Origin: an uncultured virus (IMG/VR IMGVR_UViG_3300008627_000683)
Lineage: Duplodnaviria > Heunggongvirae > Uroviricota > Caudoviricetes
IMG/VR virus record: IMGVR_UViG_3300008627_000683
Location: 1 to 64,000 of that record
DNA: 64,000 nucleotides
Reading direction: 5' to 3' (one strand)
Position numbers and translations under genes: made by a program
Part shown: piece after piece, positions 38,422 to 49,012 of the stretch
Layout of the letters: each line of letters begins with the position of its first letter
Position numbering within the stretch: position 1 is the stretch's first letter
The notes under the pieces: model-generated
Seen by the model: the letters and a program-made list of their open reading frames with translations, nothing else
What the model was told of the DNA's origin: nothing
Databases searched by the model: none

Positions 38422-38682
38422 ATGGCAGCAAACGGAATTTCAACACTAGGAACAAGACAAGCAAGGCAAGATGCAAAACTTAATATTGCTGAAGCCAAGC
38501 GACAAGGTAAGGTTGTGGCAACTGATGGCACAATCACTGGCGCGGCTGATCCATCTAAACCATATTATAGAACTTTAAATACATTAGACAAGAATTTACT
38601 TCCTAATCCATATAACGGAAACAATGTCGCTCCGGATGATGGAGCAAGTGCGCCTTTAACTTCTGGTAGGCCCTGGACTTAA
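38422..38682 (+). CDS. hypothetical (likely virion) protein
   Basis: GGAG RBS, TATAAATA upstream, MAANGISTL...GRPW. Confidence 0.7.
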   Translation: MAANGISTLGTRQARQDAKLNIAEAKRQGKVVATDGTITGAADPSKPYYRTLNTLDKNLLPNPYNGNNVAPDDGASAPLTSGRPWT

Positions 38683-39275
38683 TACTTGTCTCGGAAGTCT
38701 GAAGGATTATTTTTATCATAGTCATATGCGCGACTATGCTTTTCTAATTTACCAACAGTTTTACTAGCATAATCCTTGGCAATGCCAAGTTCTTTAACTC
38801 TATCTGCCACTGCTCTAGCAACGGCTACTTGGTCCGCTGTTGGTGGATTTGCTTTGGAGGATGATAAGAAGCCTGACAGTAGATTAGCAACATCATCATC
38901 AAATTGCCCTACTACGTCTCTTAAAATATGAAGTAATAACGCAGTAGCGCCGGCTTCTTTTGAAATTAATGCAGGACTTTTGCCTGGTTTTAGGTTTGTT
39001 GTTTTAATTCGACTAATCATATCACTAACATCACGGCCTGCTTTGGTCTGTTGTGTTTCATAATCAGGAATAGACATACCAGTTTGTTTAATAAATTTAT
39101 CATTTACTTCAGTGGCTTGGTTGTTTAACTCTTCGGCGTCTGCTACCTTGCCTTTTTCTTCAAGTTCGCCAGCTTTATCAATTAATTTATTAAATAATTT
39201 AACTTGTCGCTTAAGAATTGCCTGTTTTGCTTTTTCGGCTGCTTTGCTTTCTTGTAGTATGTCTGTAATTTTCAT
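38679..39275 (-). CDS. hypothetical, putative capsid-internal protein
   Basis: MKITDILQES start. Confidence 0.6.
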   Translation of the reverse strand: MKITDILQESKAAEKAKQAILKRQVKLFNKLIDKAGELEEKGKVADAEELNNQATEVNDKFIKQTGMSIPDYETQQTKAGRDVSDMISRIKTTNLKPGKSPALISKEAGATALLLHILRDVVGQFDDDVANLLSGFLSSSKANPPTADQVAVARAVADRVKELGIAKDYASKTVGKLEKHSRAYDYDKNNPSDFRDKY

Positions 39276-39276
39276 T

Positions 39277-39906
39277 TTACTTTCTAGCGTTTAACATCTC
39301 ATCACTCATATCACCTATTGTACCACTAGGCTTTTTCGTTTTCTTTGCAACAGATTTTGGTTGTCTTTGGTTAAACTTATCTTGGGCAGCTTTGCTTGTT
39401 GCAGTACCTGCTACGCTTGAAGTTGAAGCACGTGGTAGTACGCTTCTTGCTCTTTTTGGTGTGCTTGTTGCAGTACCTGCTACGCTTGAAGTTGAAGCAC
39501 GTGGTAGTACGCTTCTTGCTCTTTTTGGTGTGCTTGTTTTTGCTTTTGCACTACCAAATTCGCCGGCGGCGTCAGCAGTTTGTCCTACTTTAACATTTTT
39601 GTTAACTATAGCTGATTTCTTTGCTTTTGCTACTGGTGTACCAGCAAACTCACCTGCATCCATTGGTGTTGGTGTTTTATCAGCGCCCGTTCCGCCAAAT
39701 GCGTCTAAGCCAACATTTCTTTCTCTTTGGGCGGCAACATTTGTATCTCTTGCTAGTGAGCCTGCGGCAATTTTACCAATTGTGCCTCCTACTTTTTCAT
39801 CTTGTCCTTTATTTAATTCTGCTTTATTTTTCTGAACATATTGCTTCACTTTAGCAGTTGCGTCTGATGTGTTTTTTTTGCCAAATACGAATTCATCAAT
39901 TCTCAT
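39277..39906 (-). CDS. low-complexity repeat protein, putative capsid-internal
   Basis: MRIDEF start, A/K/T-rich, 23-aa exact repeat. Confidence 0.6.
   Translation of the reverse strand: MRIDEFVFGKKNTSDATAKVKQYVQKNKAELNKGQDEKVGGTIGKIAAGSLARDTNVAAQRERNVGLDAFGGTGADKTPTPMDAGEFAGTPVAKAKKSAIVNKNVKVGQTADAAGEFGSAKAKTSTPKRARSVLPRASTSSVAGTATSTPKRARSVLPRASTSSVAGTATSKAAQDKFNQRQPKSVAKKTKKPSGTIGDMSDEMLNARK
39393..39538. repeat. 69-bp exact tandem duplication
   Basis: copies start at 39393 and 39462, 8-bp partial at 39531. Confidence 0.9.
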
Positions 39907-39918
39907 AATAATTATTCC

Positions 39919-40728
39919 TTATTTTCTATCGTCGTCACTTCGAAAAGCGTTTTGAGATGTTGAAGTATTTGGATTTTTCCAGGATTTCTTACGTTTACCA
40001 TCTCTTACAACAACATCTGAACCTGCTTTACGTGTATCAGGTGATGGTTCAAACAAGTTTCTAAGATCACCGTGTGGGTATTTTAGACGTCTACCATCAG
40101 GTGCCTTATAAGGATATTGTTTATCTAAAGCCATATCTCGCGCCGTTCTCTTAGAACCTTGGGACGTTTTATATTCGCTGTCTTTCATACCGGCATTAGC
40201 CTTGATACGAGCAATAGTATCGTCCAATACACTTGGATCTCCCGCATAGGCTTCTTGATCGCCGGATCCTGCGTCTTGTACCGCACTTGGATCTCCCGCA
40301 TAGGCTTCTTGATCTGTTTTTGCTACTGCTGTTCCAGGTGGCGGAGTATTTGGTAATTTGACCGCTACTGCTGTTCCAGGTGGTGGAGTATTTGGTCCTT
40401 TGGCCGCTACTGCTGTTCCAGGTGGTGGAGTATTTGGTAGTGGTGCTTTCTTTGTTTTTGCTCCTGGTGTACCAGCAAACTCACCTGCATCCATTGGTGT
40501 TGATGCTTGATCTGTTTTTGCTACAGCACTTGTAGTTGGGTCGCCTTCGCGAGCTCTTCTTGCTCTGTGCCCGTGCCTGATTTTGTCTGCTATTGGGTCT
40601 GTAGTAAACTTCTTTTTAAGCCAGCCCAATAGACCTCCAGACTGCGTTTCGTCCGAGGAACCACTTTTTTGCGGCCATCTTTCCATAATGAGTTCATCAT
40701 TCTCTTTAATAATATCTAAAATTTTCAT
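39919..40728 (-). CDS. low-complexity repeat protein, putative capsid-internal
   Basis: MKILDIIKEN start; PNTPPPGTAVA x3; DQEAYAGDPS x2. Confidence 0.6.
   Translation of the reverse strand: MKILDIIKENDELIMERWPQKSGSSDETQSGGLLGWLKKKFTTDPIADKIRHGHRARRAREGDPTTSAVAKTDQASTPMDAGEFAGTPGAKTKKAPLPNTPPPGTAVAAKGPNTPPPGTAVAVKLPNTPPPGTAVAKTDQEAYAGDPSAVQDAGSGDQEAYAGDPSVLDDTIARIKANAGMKDSEYKTSQGSKRTARDMALDKQYPYKAPDGRRLKYPHGDLRNLFEPSPDTRKAGSDVVVRDGKRKKSWKNPNTSTSQNAFRSDDDRK
40230..40438. repeat. coding tandem repeats
   Basis: 3x GCTACTGCTGTTCCAGGTGG(T/C)GGAGTATTTGGT with 39-bp period; 2x CACTTGGATCTCCCGCATAGGCTTCTTGATC. Confidence 0.85.
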
Positions 40729-40825
40729 AATTATGAAATCCTGTAAATAATGTTTTATATATTTATACGTTAGAGTATTATTTTACATATTCTTTTTTAT
40801 TATTCAGGTGGTGAAGGGAAAGTAA

Positions 40826-42538
40826 TTAGGATGTATGCGGTGATATTTTATTAGTCGACGGCACACCTACAGCATTTTGTAATGCTTCTTCAAACTGGCC
40901 TGAATCTGCCAAAGCCTTAGCAGAGCCTTGCAATACTCCATTCAACGCAGCTTTTATTTTAGGATCTTGGAATTTTTGCGGAAGCGACTCGACAAAACTA
41001 GTCATTGATTGAATATTTTCTACTACTTTTGGTCCTTCAGACAACGGCAGACTCAATTTTTCCCAGTTTGCAGTTTCTTTTTCCATTATGCCCTGTAATT
41101 TTGCCGCGGCGCTTGCTACACCACTTGATGATACAGATTCAATAGCATCTGGAAGTAACATGTTCAGTGTAGCATTTAATGACATCTGATTTGCCGCTGT
41201 GTTAGCAATCGTTACACCGGCCGCACCAGGCCCTTCTAAATCCTCTGCGCTGTCGTCTGCAGATGACGTTACTTCAGACCAATCTCCAGTCAGTGCTTGC
41301 CCAACGTAATCAATTGGTGATCCTGCTCCCAAACCAGTTAACGCATTTTGATATTCTTGCAATGCTTGTTCAAAAGGACTCAACGTAGTAGTGCCGTCTG
41401 CGTTAACAGTTGATCCCATAACTGTTCCCATTACGTCATCAAATTTCATTTCACCATTTGTACCTGAACCACCGCCAAATTGGCTTGCTAATTCAGTCGC
41501 CGAATCACTTGAAACTTTACTAGTTCCACTCGGAAATCCTGTATTTGCTGGTATATTATCAAATCCTGAAACCACATCTCCTAGATCGGCTATGACTCCG
41601 TTAGATAATGCACCAAAATCTCCAGCAAAATCGCTAACATAATTGCTGAATTCCGAGGTACCAATAGCACCACCTGATGCTTTTTTAAAATCCAAAAACT
41701 GCGAGCCATCAGTAATGCCTGACGCTTTAGTTGTTCCTAAAACTGCTTTCATTTCTGATATGCCTGTCGGTGTGTTAACTTTTTGTAATATACTTGTTGC
41801 TTGGCTGTCTGTTAAAGTATCTAAATCAATACCGCTATCACGAACAGCATTTGAAACTACAGGAGATACCAATGCTGATTCTAACAAAGATGCAGAACTT
41901 TGATCTAGTGGTAATCCAGCCAATGTGCCAAGTTGTGATGCGGCATTTGCAAATCCAGCGCCTGCTGTTCCAGAACCAGAAGCCATTTGAGCAAATTGCC
42001 CTGCTACTTTACCAAGTTCTGAAGAAACTGTTTCTTTTGCACCTTGCACAGCGTTATGCATTACATCTGCAGATTGTGCTACAGCAGATTCTATCTGTGC
42101 AAAATTTTCTGTAAATTTTGATAAATCATCTGGTATAAGTTTTTTTACATGATTTTCAACAGATTCTATTAATGTAGAACTACCTAACGATGCCTGCATA
42201 TTATCGGGAACCATTCCACAATCTGCTCCTAATTGATGAATTGCGTTAGCGTGTGTTTGAGCACAACCAAACATTCCTGCTTCTTGCCCAGTTGCTTCAA
42301 CGTTAGCCAAATTCCCTATCATTGTAGTAGTAACGGCTATTTTTGATTTAATACCATCAATAAGTGCCTGTGTAGACGCTGGCATTTGTATTGCTCTGTT
42401 AGGATCGCCGATCGGCTTCAACATTTCCTTTAAGGCTTCTGTTCCTAAACAATTGTCGCCAGTCTGACATCCGCCGGCATCTGCCGCCGCCTTTTCTTTT
42501 TCTCTTTGTTGATTAAAGTCCGGTAGTAAAAAAGACAT
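40826..42538 (-). CDS. putative virion (baseplate/tail-associated) protein
   Basis: 570 aa, Ala/Gly/Ser-rich, starts 1 nt after the PAAR stop. Confidence 0.5.
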   Translation of the reverse strand: MSFLLPDFNQQREKEKAAADAGGCQTGDNCLGTEALKEMLKPIGDPNRAIQMPASTQALIDGIKSKIAVTTTMIGNLANVEATGQEAGMFGCAQTHANAIHQLGADCGMVPDNMQASLGSSTLIESVENHVKKLIPDDLSKFTENFAQIESAVAQSADVMHNAVQGAKETVSSELGKVAGQFAQMASGSGTAGAGFANAASQLGTLAGLPLDQSSASLLESALVSPVVSNAVRDSGIDLDTLTDSQATSILQKVNTPTGISEMKAVLGTTKASGITDGSQFLDFKKASGGAIGTSEFSNYVSDFAGDFGALSNGVIADLGDVVSGFDNIPANTGFPSGTSKVSSDSATELASQFGGGSGTNGEMKFDDVMGTVMGSTVNADGTTTLSPFEQALQEYQNALTGLGAGSPIDYVGQALTGDWSEVTSSADDSAEDLEGPGAAGVTIANTAANQMSLNATLNMLLPDAIESVSSSGVASAAAKLQGIMEKETANWEKLSLPLSEGPKVVENIQSMTSFVESLPQKFQDPKIKAALNGVLQGSAKALADSGQFEEALQNAVGVPSTNKISPHTS

Positions 42539-42539
42539 A

Positions 42540-42830
42540 TTATGAACCTACTATAACATCAGGACTACCTACTGCCCTAGGGTGTCCGCATGTATCTATA
42601 TCAACATCAGTTCTTAATGCTGGTTTACCTTCAATAATAACTGATTCACATGTAGAAACGGTTAACGCACTACAATGCGATCCTGGATTCGGGCACGGAG
42701 CGTGGGGCGTCACTGACATGTCAGGAACACCTGCTTTCCTTCCGTTTATAAGAACAGACTTTGCACCACCAGTCGCAATGCCACCGGCCGTGTTAGGATC
42801 TTTTTCTCTTTGTGCTTTCCAACCTGACAT
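42540..42830 (-). CDS. PAAR-domain tail spike tip protein
   Basis: SVLINGRKA, PHAPC...HC, SVIIEGKPA, DTCGH...GSPDV; TATAAATA 5 nt upstream. Confidence 0.9.
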   Translation of the reverse strand: MSGWKAQREKDPNTAGGIATGGAKSVLINGRKAGVPDMSVTPHAPCPNPGSHCSALTVSTCESVIIEGKPALRTDVDIDTCGHPRAVGSPDVIVGS

Positions 42831-42864
42831 ATAGTTATTTATAACGTATTATAATAACTATTTA

Positions 42865-43155
42865 TTATCCCACACTAATGCCAGTTGTTCCTTGGATATA
42901 TTGATCTGCCATTGGCTTTACTGTTTTGCCGATAACCATACAATGGGATTTGTCTAGTGTGACAGTAGAATCTAACTCCATAGTAAACATAAACTGAGAA
43001 ATTCCGACCCCTTGCGGGCCCATTTGTAGAGACATAGGTTTTTCTATTGTGATATGAGTTTCAGTTTCGTCACTAAATCTACCAATAACTTCTTCACCAG
43101 ATGTTAATTTAATTGAGATAACATCATTCTTTTTATAATTGACTTCTAATAACAT
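42865..43155 (-). CDS. Sm-like fold phage protein
   Basis: IKLTSGEEVIG...Y.QGTTGI pattern. Confidence 0.6.
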   Translation of the reverse strand: MLLEVNYKKNDVISIKLTSGEEVIGRFSDETETHITIEKPMSLQMGPQGVGISQFMFTMELDSTVTLDKSHCMVIGKTVKPMADQYIQGTTGISVG

Positions 43156-43753
43156 TTGTACTTTCCTTGAATATTTTTATTGCACTAGTGCATATTAATA
43201 AAGCAATACCTCCGCCTATAACGATATCTGGAATATTGCTTTGTGTAAACATTACCAATAATCCTGCTATAATAATACCAACACTTGATAATGCATCATT
43301 TCTACAACATATATAAGCACTCTTAAGATTAATATCTTTGTTTCTATAATATAACAATATTACTGCTGATATAATATTTCCTATTAATACAAAAATACCT
43401 ACATAAGTTATAGGGTGTGGATCAGGAACATATCCCGTCATAATGTTATTAAGGACATATACTAATGCCATAATACCAAACGCAAACATTATTATTGATT
43501 TGACTAACGCTAGTTTGGCTTTTGTTTTTACTGCTGATCCTATAACAACTATACTACTTCCTAATATAAGTGCATCGCCTATATTATGAGCACTATCACT
43601 TAATAAACTTACTGAATGAGACAATATACCATAATATAACTCTAATCCAAACATAAGTGCATTGATTAAAAAGCATATGATTAGTGCGTTGCGTTCACAG
43701 GCTTGGCATTGATCGACTGGCCGGCACGTATCATCGAGACATAAACGAAACAT
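43133..43753 (-). CDS. cation diffusion facilitator (TM domain only)
   Basis: SVSLLSDSAHNIGD, INLKSA...RNDALS, PD; several TMs. Confidence 0.85.
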   Translation of the reverse strand: MFRLCLDDTCRPVDQCQACERNALIICFLINALMFGLELYYGILSHSVSLLSDSAHNIGDALILGSSIVVIGSAVKTKAKLALVKSIIMFAFGIMALVYVLNNIMTGYVPDPHPITYVGIFVLIGNIISAVILLYYRNKDINLKSAYICCRNDALSSVGIIIAGLLVMFTQSNIPDIVIGGGIALLICTSAIKIFKESTNVIRSQL

Positions 43754-43986
43754 TATGCAACAAGATCATCAATGGGGTGTGCAATTAATCCGTGAAATCC
43801 GCCTTTAATTAATGTATCGTCTTTATAAATCTGAGGAACAGTTCTAAAACCCTGGCCCAGGATCCATTGCTTTGCTTCTTCGTTTGTATCTAAACTAACT
43901 TCTTTATATTCAATATTGTTTTCTTCTAAATACTTCTTTGCACTAACACAAAAACCACACGTATCTTTACTATATACAGTAATCAT
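43753..43986 (-). CDS. glutaredoxin
   Basis: VYSKDTCGFC, RTVPQI, GG. Confidence 0.92.
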   Translation of the reverse strand: MITVYSKDTCGFCVSAKKYLEENNIEYKEVSLDTNEEAKQWILGQGFRTVPQIYKDDTLIKGGFHGLIAHPIDDLVA

Positions 43987-45071
43987 TTATTTAAATACTC
44001 CTTTAAAATTATTGGTTCTTCTCTATTTGGAAAGTAATCTTGTTTCTCTCCTTCTCTATATAAATCTAACGTTAAGCAATGCAAGCCGCCATCCCAGAAA
44101 TAACAATGTCTCCATGGTACATGTACGGGTTCCATTTTATGCTTTTTTAAAAAATCTAATAGATTTTTATTTGTCATACTACTAACACACACATGGCGCT
44201 CATCTAATACTAAAACGTTAACGTCAAATACACTTTCCTCAACATACCCTACCCATTCATCTAACCAGGTATTAACATAATTTGCAAATTCTGGATTTGA
44301 AACCGCTTCAGGATGCCACCATTTACCGTTTGTTTTCTGTTTCCAATTAAAAAAATCTCGAATTTTTTCCCAAGATTCATTTTCTATATAACATACATCC
44401 CAATTTGGAAAGGTTTCATTATAGTCTTGAAAATCAAATACGCTTATAATAGCACCAGGCTTTATTGGATGAAAACATCCATCACTGTGAGAATATGGAT
44501 TATCTAATACATTTATTCGAGTATCTGCAAACATTCTTTTTAAGCCTGCCCAGGGCATACAGCATGTATAATTTATATAAGCATCTTTTCCTAGTAAAAA
44601 GACATTTGCACTTGTAGGAGGGTGTTTTTCTATGGAAAAATTTTCTATTTTTAAATAATCATCCGACTCATTTTGAAAATCAAACATATTATGCAATTTA
44701 TATCCGTTTGACTTGAGTCCATTTGTTATATTTAGATTATCAGCATAATTAGTCCATAGTTTATTTCCTATTACTATTTGATTATCTCTTGGTTGTAATG
44801 CATTTCTAGGGATTTTTACTTCACCTACTTCATTAATATAATTTTCAATTCTATCGGATTTATCAGATGTAGGACGAATAACTTCGCATCCAAAATCTTT
44901 TAAAATTTTTTCATAATTTGATAAGTCTTCGAGTGTTTCTTCTGCAATTCTTTGCAAAGGGTTTCTAACTTTTGCATCTTTGATATTTTCAAAGAAGTCC
45001 GGCCCCCACACGGTGCCAAGCATTACTTTTTTAAGCGGATCCCATTTATTCCAGATGTTACACTCTTTCAT
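43983..45071 (-). CDS. amidinotransferase-family protein
   Basis: NKWDPLKKVMLG, PRD, HSDG, FWDGGLHCLTLD. Confidence 0.78.
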   Translation of the reverse strand: MKECNIWNKWDPLKKVMLGTVWGPDFFENIKDAKVRNPLQRIAEETLEDLSNYEKILKDFGCEVIRPTSDKSDRIENYINEVGEVKIPRNALQPRDNQIVIGNKLWTNYADNLNITNGLKSNGYKLHNMFDFQNESDDYLKIENFSIEKHPPTSANVFLLGKDAYINYTCCMPWAGLKRMFADTRINVLDNPYSHSDGCFHPIKPGAIISVFDFQDYNETFPNWDVCYIENESWEKIRDFFNWKQKTNGKWWHPEAVSNPEFANYVNTWLDEWVGYVEESVFDVNVLVLDERHVCVSSMTNKNLLDFLKKHKMEPVHVPWRHCYFWDGGLHCLTLDLYREGEKQDYFPNREEPIILKEYLNK

Positions 45072-45084
45072 TAATAAGGCGCCT

Positions 45085-46998
45085 TTAGATTCCACATCCA
45101 CCCGCCACACATGCTAGTTCTTGTGAACTGGTGGTCATATCTTGTTCTTCATATTCACTTAGCAATCCCCAATCAACATCTTTGGGCATTTTGGCTAATA
45201 ACTCTTTATACTCTTCTTCTGAGCAATCTTGATATGGTGCTTGTCTGTAAGTATGATCGTTAAATGGCAAGAATGAAACTCCTGACATCATATCAAAGTT
45301 GTTATATACCCATGCACCTACTTCCATCCATTCTGTTTCTTTTACACTAATGGTTACTGATGGTTTGTGTTCGCACCAGTGTTCTTGATATACTTTCCAT
45401 AACTCTAGTTGCTCAATAGCGGTCATGTCTTTACGGTATACACCGTTTTTAGGACCTTTAACTGGGAATGAGAAAACATAAGTATGGTTTGGTTTTGTCA
45501 CATCATCTTCACAAGGAAACCCTGCTTCCTTCATCATCTTAGCAAGTGGATCCTTCTTATCAGCACGAATAGTTCTAATATAATAAGGATTGTGTCTTGC
45601 GTGAATGCCACTTGCACTATCAACTAGTTGACTAACCGTGCCACTTGGTTTTACACAAGTAATAGCGGCTGATTGAGCAATACCTAACTTTGAAGCAATT
45701 TCTTTGTTTGTTGCAACTGCTACTTGTTTAAGTTCTGATAATAATTCCTCAATACCTTTCTTCTTGCCATTCGTAAAAGCATTATCCATAATGCCCGTCA
45801 ATGAAACGCCTAATAGTCTTTCTTCTTGGCAGTTATTTTCCCAACGCTTGTTAAGGTATTTAAAGTTAGTAAGTGTTGATTGGAATGTGCCTAAAATTGT
45901 AGCATTGATAACTTTGTTCTTTAAAGATTCGAGTGTGTCTTCTGGACGAACAACAACTTCAGATAAATTACAAAATTCTTCAGATCTTAAAATAATTTCA
46001 CTGCAAGGATTGGTGCCAAAGTTATGCTCTGGATCTCTACGTCCACTTGAAGCGGCAACCTTTTGTGCGGCTTCTCTATTAAAGATACCACGCTCGCCTG
46101 ATTTGGAATCATATAATGCTTTCCACTCTTCCATAAAAATACCTACATCTGGTCTTTCTGTATAACAAGCGGAATTGTTTGCTAACGCACGTTGAGTATT
46201 GTTTTCCCACCATTGACCTGCTTTAGCATGTCTCATTCTGTCATCACTTAGGTTGGATAATGAGATAAGTGCTGAGCGGCGAACGCCACCAACTACAACA
46301 ATTTCAGCAATCTTACATGTAATGTCGTGACACTCAAGTGATGTTAGTTTACGGCCCGCGGCGTTTTTAAATATATCTATACAAAATCTAAACAAATCTT
46401 CCAATGGCTCTGGGCCAGAAGCACGACCGCCAAATGTTTTTAATGGTGCGCCTGCTGGGCGAACTCTTGACAAATCCCACTGAGGAATTTGTCCACCATA
46501 TAGCAAATGGATAAGTTCTTTAAGTGCCTTTGCCCATCCAAGTTTAGAGTCACTTACCACGATTGTAGTTTCAGTATCATGAAAATCATCTGCAACTCTA
46601 GGCATCTCGTTAACCATTTGTCTTTCAACACTAAACCCAACGCCTGTTCCATTCATTAAAATATATAAAATCTCATCAAATGCTCTTGGTGTTTCGATAG
46701 CAACAAATGAACAATTATATCCTGCGATGTTTTCACGTGATAGTGCTTCACCTGCTGTCATAAGACAACGCATTGAAGGCATTATGTCTAAATTTAGAAC
46801 AGCATCTTTTAATTGTGTTTTAAGTCCAGTGGGTAATTTGTATTCACATTGCTGTTTTAAATGTTCTTCGAAAAAGTCGAAGTATCTGCTAACTGTTTCT
46901 TCCCATGTTTCTCTGCGTTTAACATCATATCTGTAACGAGAGTATCTTGATAAGTGAATATACTGCTGATATAGAGTGGGTAATTGATGGGCCGCCAT
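45085..46998 (-). CDS. nrdJ: class II (B12-dependent) ribonucleotide reductase
   Basis: GYNCSF, GTGVGFSV, GGVRRSALIS, GTNPCSEI, FCNLSE, CVKPSGTVS, C-terminal ACVAGGC; no nrdB adjacent. Confidence 0.93.
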   Translation of the reverse strand: MAAHQLPTLYQQYIHLSRYSRYRYDVKRRETWEETVSRYFDFFEEHLKQQCEYKLPTGLKTQLKDAVLNLDIMPSMRCLMTAGEALSRENIAGYNCSFVAIETPRAFDEILYILMNGTGVGFSVERQMVNEMPRVADDFHDTETTIVVSDSKLGWAKALKELIHLLYGGQIPQWDLSRVRPAGAPLKTFGGRASGPEPLEDLFRFCIDIFKNAAGRKLTSLECHDITCKIAEIVVVGGVRRSALISLSNLSDDRMRHAKAGQWWENNTQRALANNSACYTERPDVGIFMEEWKALYDSKSGERGIFNREAAQKVAASSGRRDPEHNFGTNPCSEIILRSEEFCNLSEVVVRPEDTLESLKNKVINATILGTFQSTLTNFKYLNKRWENNCQEERLLGVSLTGIMDNAFTNGKKKGIEELLSELKQVAVATNKEIASKLGIAQSAAITCVKPSGTVSQLVDSASGIHARHNPYYIRTIRADKKDPLAKMMKEAGFPCEDDVTKPNHTYVFSFPVKGPKNGVYRKDMTAIEQLELWKVYQEHWCEHKPSVTISVKETEWMEVGAWVYNNFDMMSGVSFLPFNDHTYRQAPYQDCSEEEYKELLAKMPKDVDWGLLSEYEEQDMTTSSQELACVAGGCGI

Positions 46999-47025
46999 TT
47001 ATTGATTCCTTTATTCTGTTATAAC

Positions 47026-47054
47026 ATTATACAACAAAAGTGCTAAGATGTCAC
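47026..47054 (-). promoter_or_regulatory. sigma70-type promoter of nrdJ
   Basis: GTGACA-17-TATAAT with TG extension. Confidence 0.65.
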
Positions 47055-47164
47055 GAATTTTTGTATTAATAATGTATATATCGTAATCACGATATTAAAT
47101 GTATTTAAATGGTCTGTTAGAAAATTATGTAGGTAGTTAAACGTGTTTCTAGGTACACTATAGG

Positions 47165-48997
47165 CTATGAATGTAAATATTCTATATAATATACAAGTGT
47201 TGCGGCCGAACCAGTACTGGTAGTAGTATATCGCATTGTTGCTGTACCAGCACTGTGCGTTACTGTAAATGTAACACCAGTTGCTCCAGTTTGAGTAATA
47301 GAATCTGTTACAGTAGAAGCACCTGATTTAATTGCTATGCTAAGTTCGCCAACTTGTGATTCAGTACCTCTTGTTATACTATAATACATTTTTACATATT
47401 TAACTTCCGACTCAAGGAAAGTAATACCAGTAGACGTGGCTGTTTGATTGTCTAGTAATGACAGTTGATTACTAATAGTATGCTCTCTTCTACCAAATAA
47501 TTCCTTAGTGTCAGGTATTAATACATATCCGTCAGCGTGATTTAGTTGCACTCTGTCATATGTGCCAACATCACCATCTGTTCTACCAAATTTATCTGAT
47601 ATACTTGTGCAATCTGAAACGTTTACGGAGTTAAAATTAATAACATCAGCAACAGCACTAGCAGTAGCATCTGCGTTGCCGTTATTGGCCACGTCAACAA
47701 ATGTATTGCCTATAGAATAAATTCCTTGTGCGCGATCAACATCAATTGCTTCATAATCAATATCACGGAATAAAGAACTTGTAATTTTAATACTGTGTGG
47801 GCCTGTGCCTGATGCGGTTGTCTCACCTAACCAAAAACCTTTATACATTGTATCAAAGTTACAGTTATGGAATGATAATCCTTCGATAGCATCATTGGAA
47901 TAAACACCAAGTGGAACACCCTGGAACGAACAAGCATTAAAAACTAAGTTTCTTGTTCTTAGTGCGAGTGTTTCAGATATATTAAAACCGGCCGGTCTGT
48001 CACTACTATTCAATCCATCAGTACTGTTATATGTGCCAACAAATGCTACATCTTCAAAATAAGAATTTAATGTAGAATCAATTTGAATACAGTCTTGAAT
48101 TAAATGTGTTGAATCAGTAGTTTTAATAGTCATACCTCTAATCACAATATTTTGCGGTTGGGTTGCACTATTATTACCAATATTTGGAGCGGCTTGGCCT
48201 TTGGAGTCAACTGTACGTATAACGCAACTATCATGCCCTGCCGTTTTACTTGACGTAATAGACACGCTGGCAGTTGAATAGCCGGCACCACCACTTACTT
48301 GTGTAAATGATGTAATTGCGCCGTCTGTTATATTTGCTGTAAATGATGCACCAGCACCATCACCTGTAATTGTTACAACAGGGGCAGTAGCATAACCAGC
48401 GCCTGGTGTGGCAACAGTTAATGAACTTACTGCGCCGGCAGTGATAGTCGCTGTGGCTGTTGCATTGGTTTGTGTCTCTTCATATTGTATAATTGTTTTT
48501 CCAGAGCCATCACCGTATAATGTCGCCCAAGTAGGAACTTCTATAGGTGCAGTGACTTTATATACACCTGCAGGGAAATATAAACTTCTGCGGGCCTTTT
48601 GTGTTGTGTCTCTAACAAACAGTTGGTATATTGCTCTTGCAATCGCCGCAGTATCATCTACTGTGCCGTTGCCACTGGCACCAAAGTCCATTATACTTAC
48701 GTGGTCATCAAGTCTATCTTGCAATGTTCTAACAATAGGAGCTCCCGCCGTTGCGCCGGTATCTACTGTTGCGCTTGCATTGCCTTCATAAGTAAAATTG
48801 ATGAGACCTGCTAAATCACTGTGTTCTGTTAGAATTGCTGTATTGCCAACTACAGGTGCACCAGCACTTAACGGCCCATTACCGATGTATAATTCTCTTG
48901 TGTTGGTTACCCAACCCAATTCAGCATGTGATAACTGTGGAAGATTTTCTGCTAACCCTCTACGATGTTGAATTCTAGAAATTTGTACAATTGCCAT
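47165..48997 (-). CDS. tailspike/virion protein with pectate-lyase-like beta helix
   Basis: MAIVQISRIQHRRG..ELG...LYIGNG N-terminus; V...DFGA.GNG..DDTAAI, LYFPAGVY; G.GY..AP.VTI repeats. Confidence 0.8.
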   Translation of the reverse strand: MAIVQISRIQHRRGLAENLPQLSHAELGWVTNTRELYIGNGPLSAGAPVVGNTAILTEHSDLAGLINFTYEGNASATVDTGATAGAPIVRTLQDRLDDHVSIMDFGASGNGTVDDTAAIARAIYQLFVRDTTQKARRSLYFPAGVYKVTAPIEVPTWATLYGDGSGKTIIQYEETQTNATATATITAGAVSSLTVATPGAGYATAPVVTITGDGAGASFTANITDGAITSFTQVSGGAGYSTASVSITSSKTAGHDSCVIRTVDSKGQAAPNIGNNSATQPQNIVIRGMTIKTTDSTHLIQDCIQIDSTLNSYFEDVAFVGTYNSTDGLNSSDRPAGFNISETLALRTRNLVFNACSFQGVPLGVYSNDAIEGLSFHNCNFDTMYKGFWLGETTASGTGPHSIKITSSLFRDIDYEAIDVDRAQGIYSIGNTFVDVANNGNADATASAVADVINFNSVNVSDCTSISDKFGRTDGDVGTYDRVQLNHADGYVLIPDTKELFGRREHTISNQLSLLDNQTATSTGITFLESEVKYVKMYYSITRGTESQVGELSIAIKSGASTVTDSITQTGATGVTFTVTHSAGTATMRYTTTSTGSAATLVYYIEYLHS

Positions 48998-49012
48998 ATG
49001 TATATTTATACT

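Noticed and set aside
39393..40438. CRISPR array
   Set aside because: Repeats are in-frame coding duplications without unique spacers of regular length; no cas operon
45085..46998. Intein or intron in nrdJ; class I RNR
   Set aside because: Continuous 637-aa ORF with no splicing motifs; no nrdB adjacent and motifs fit class II
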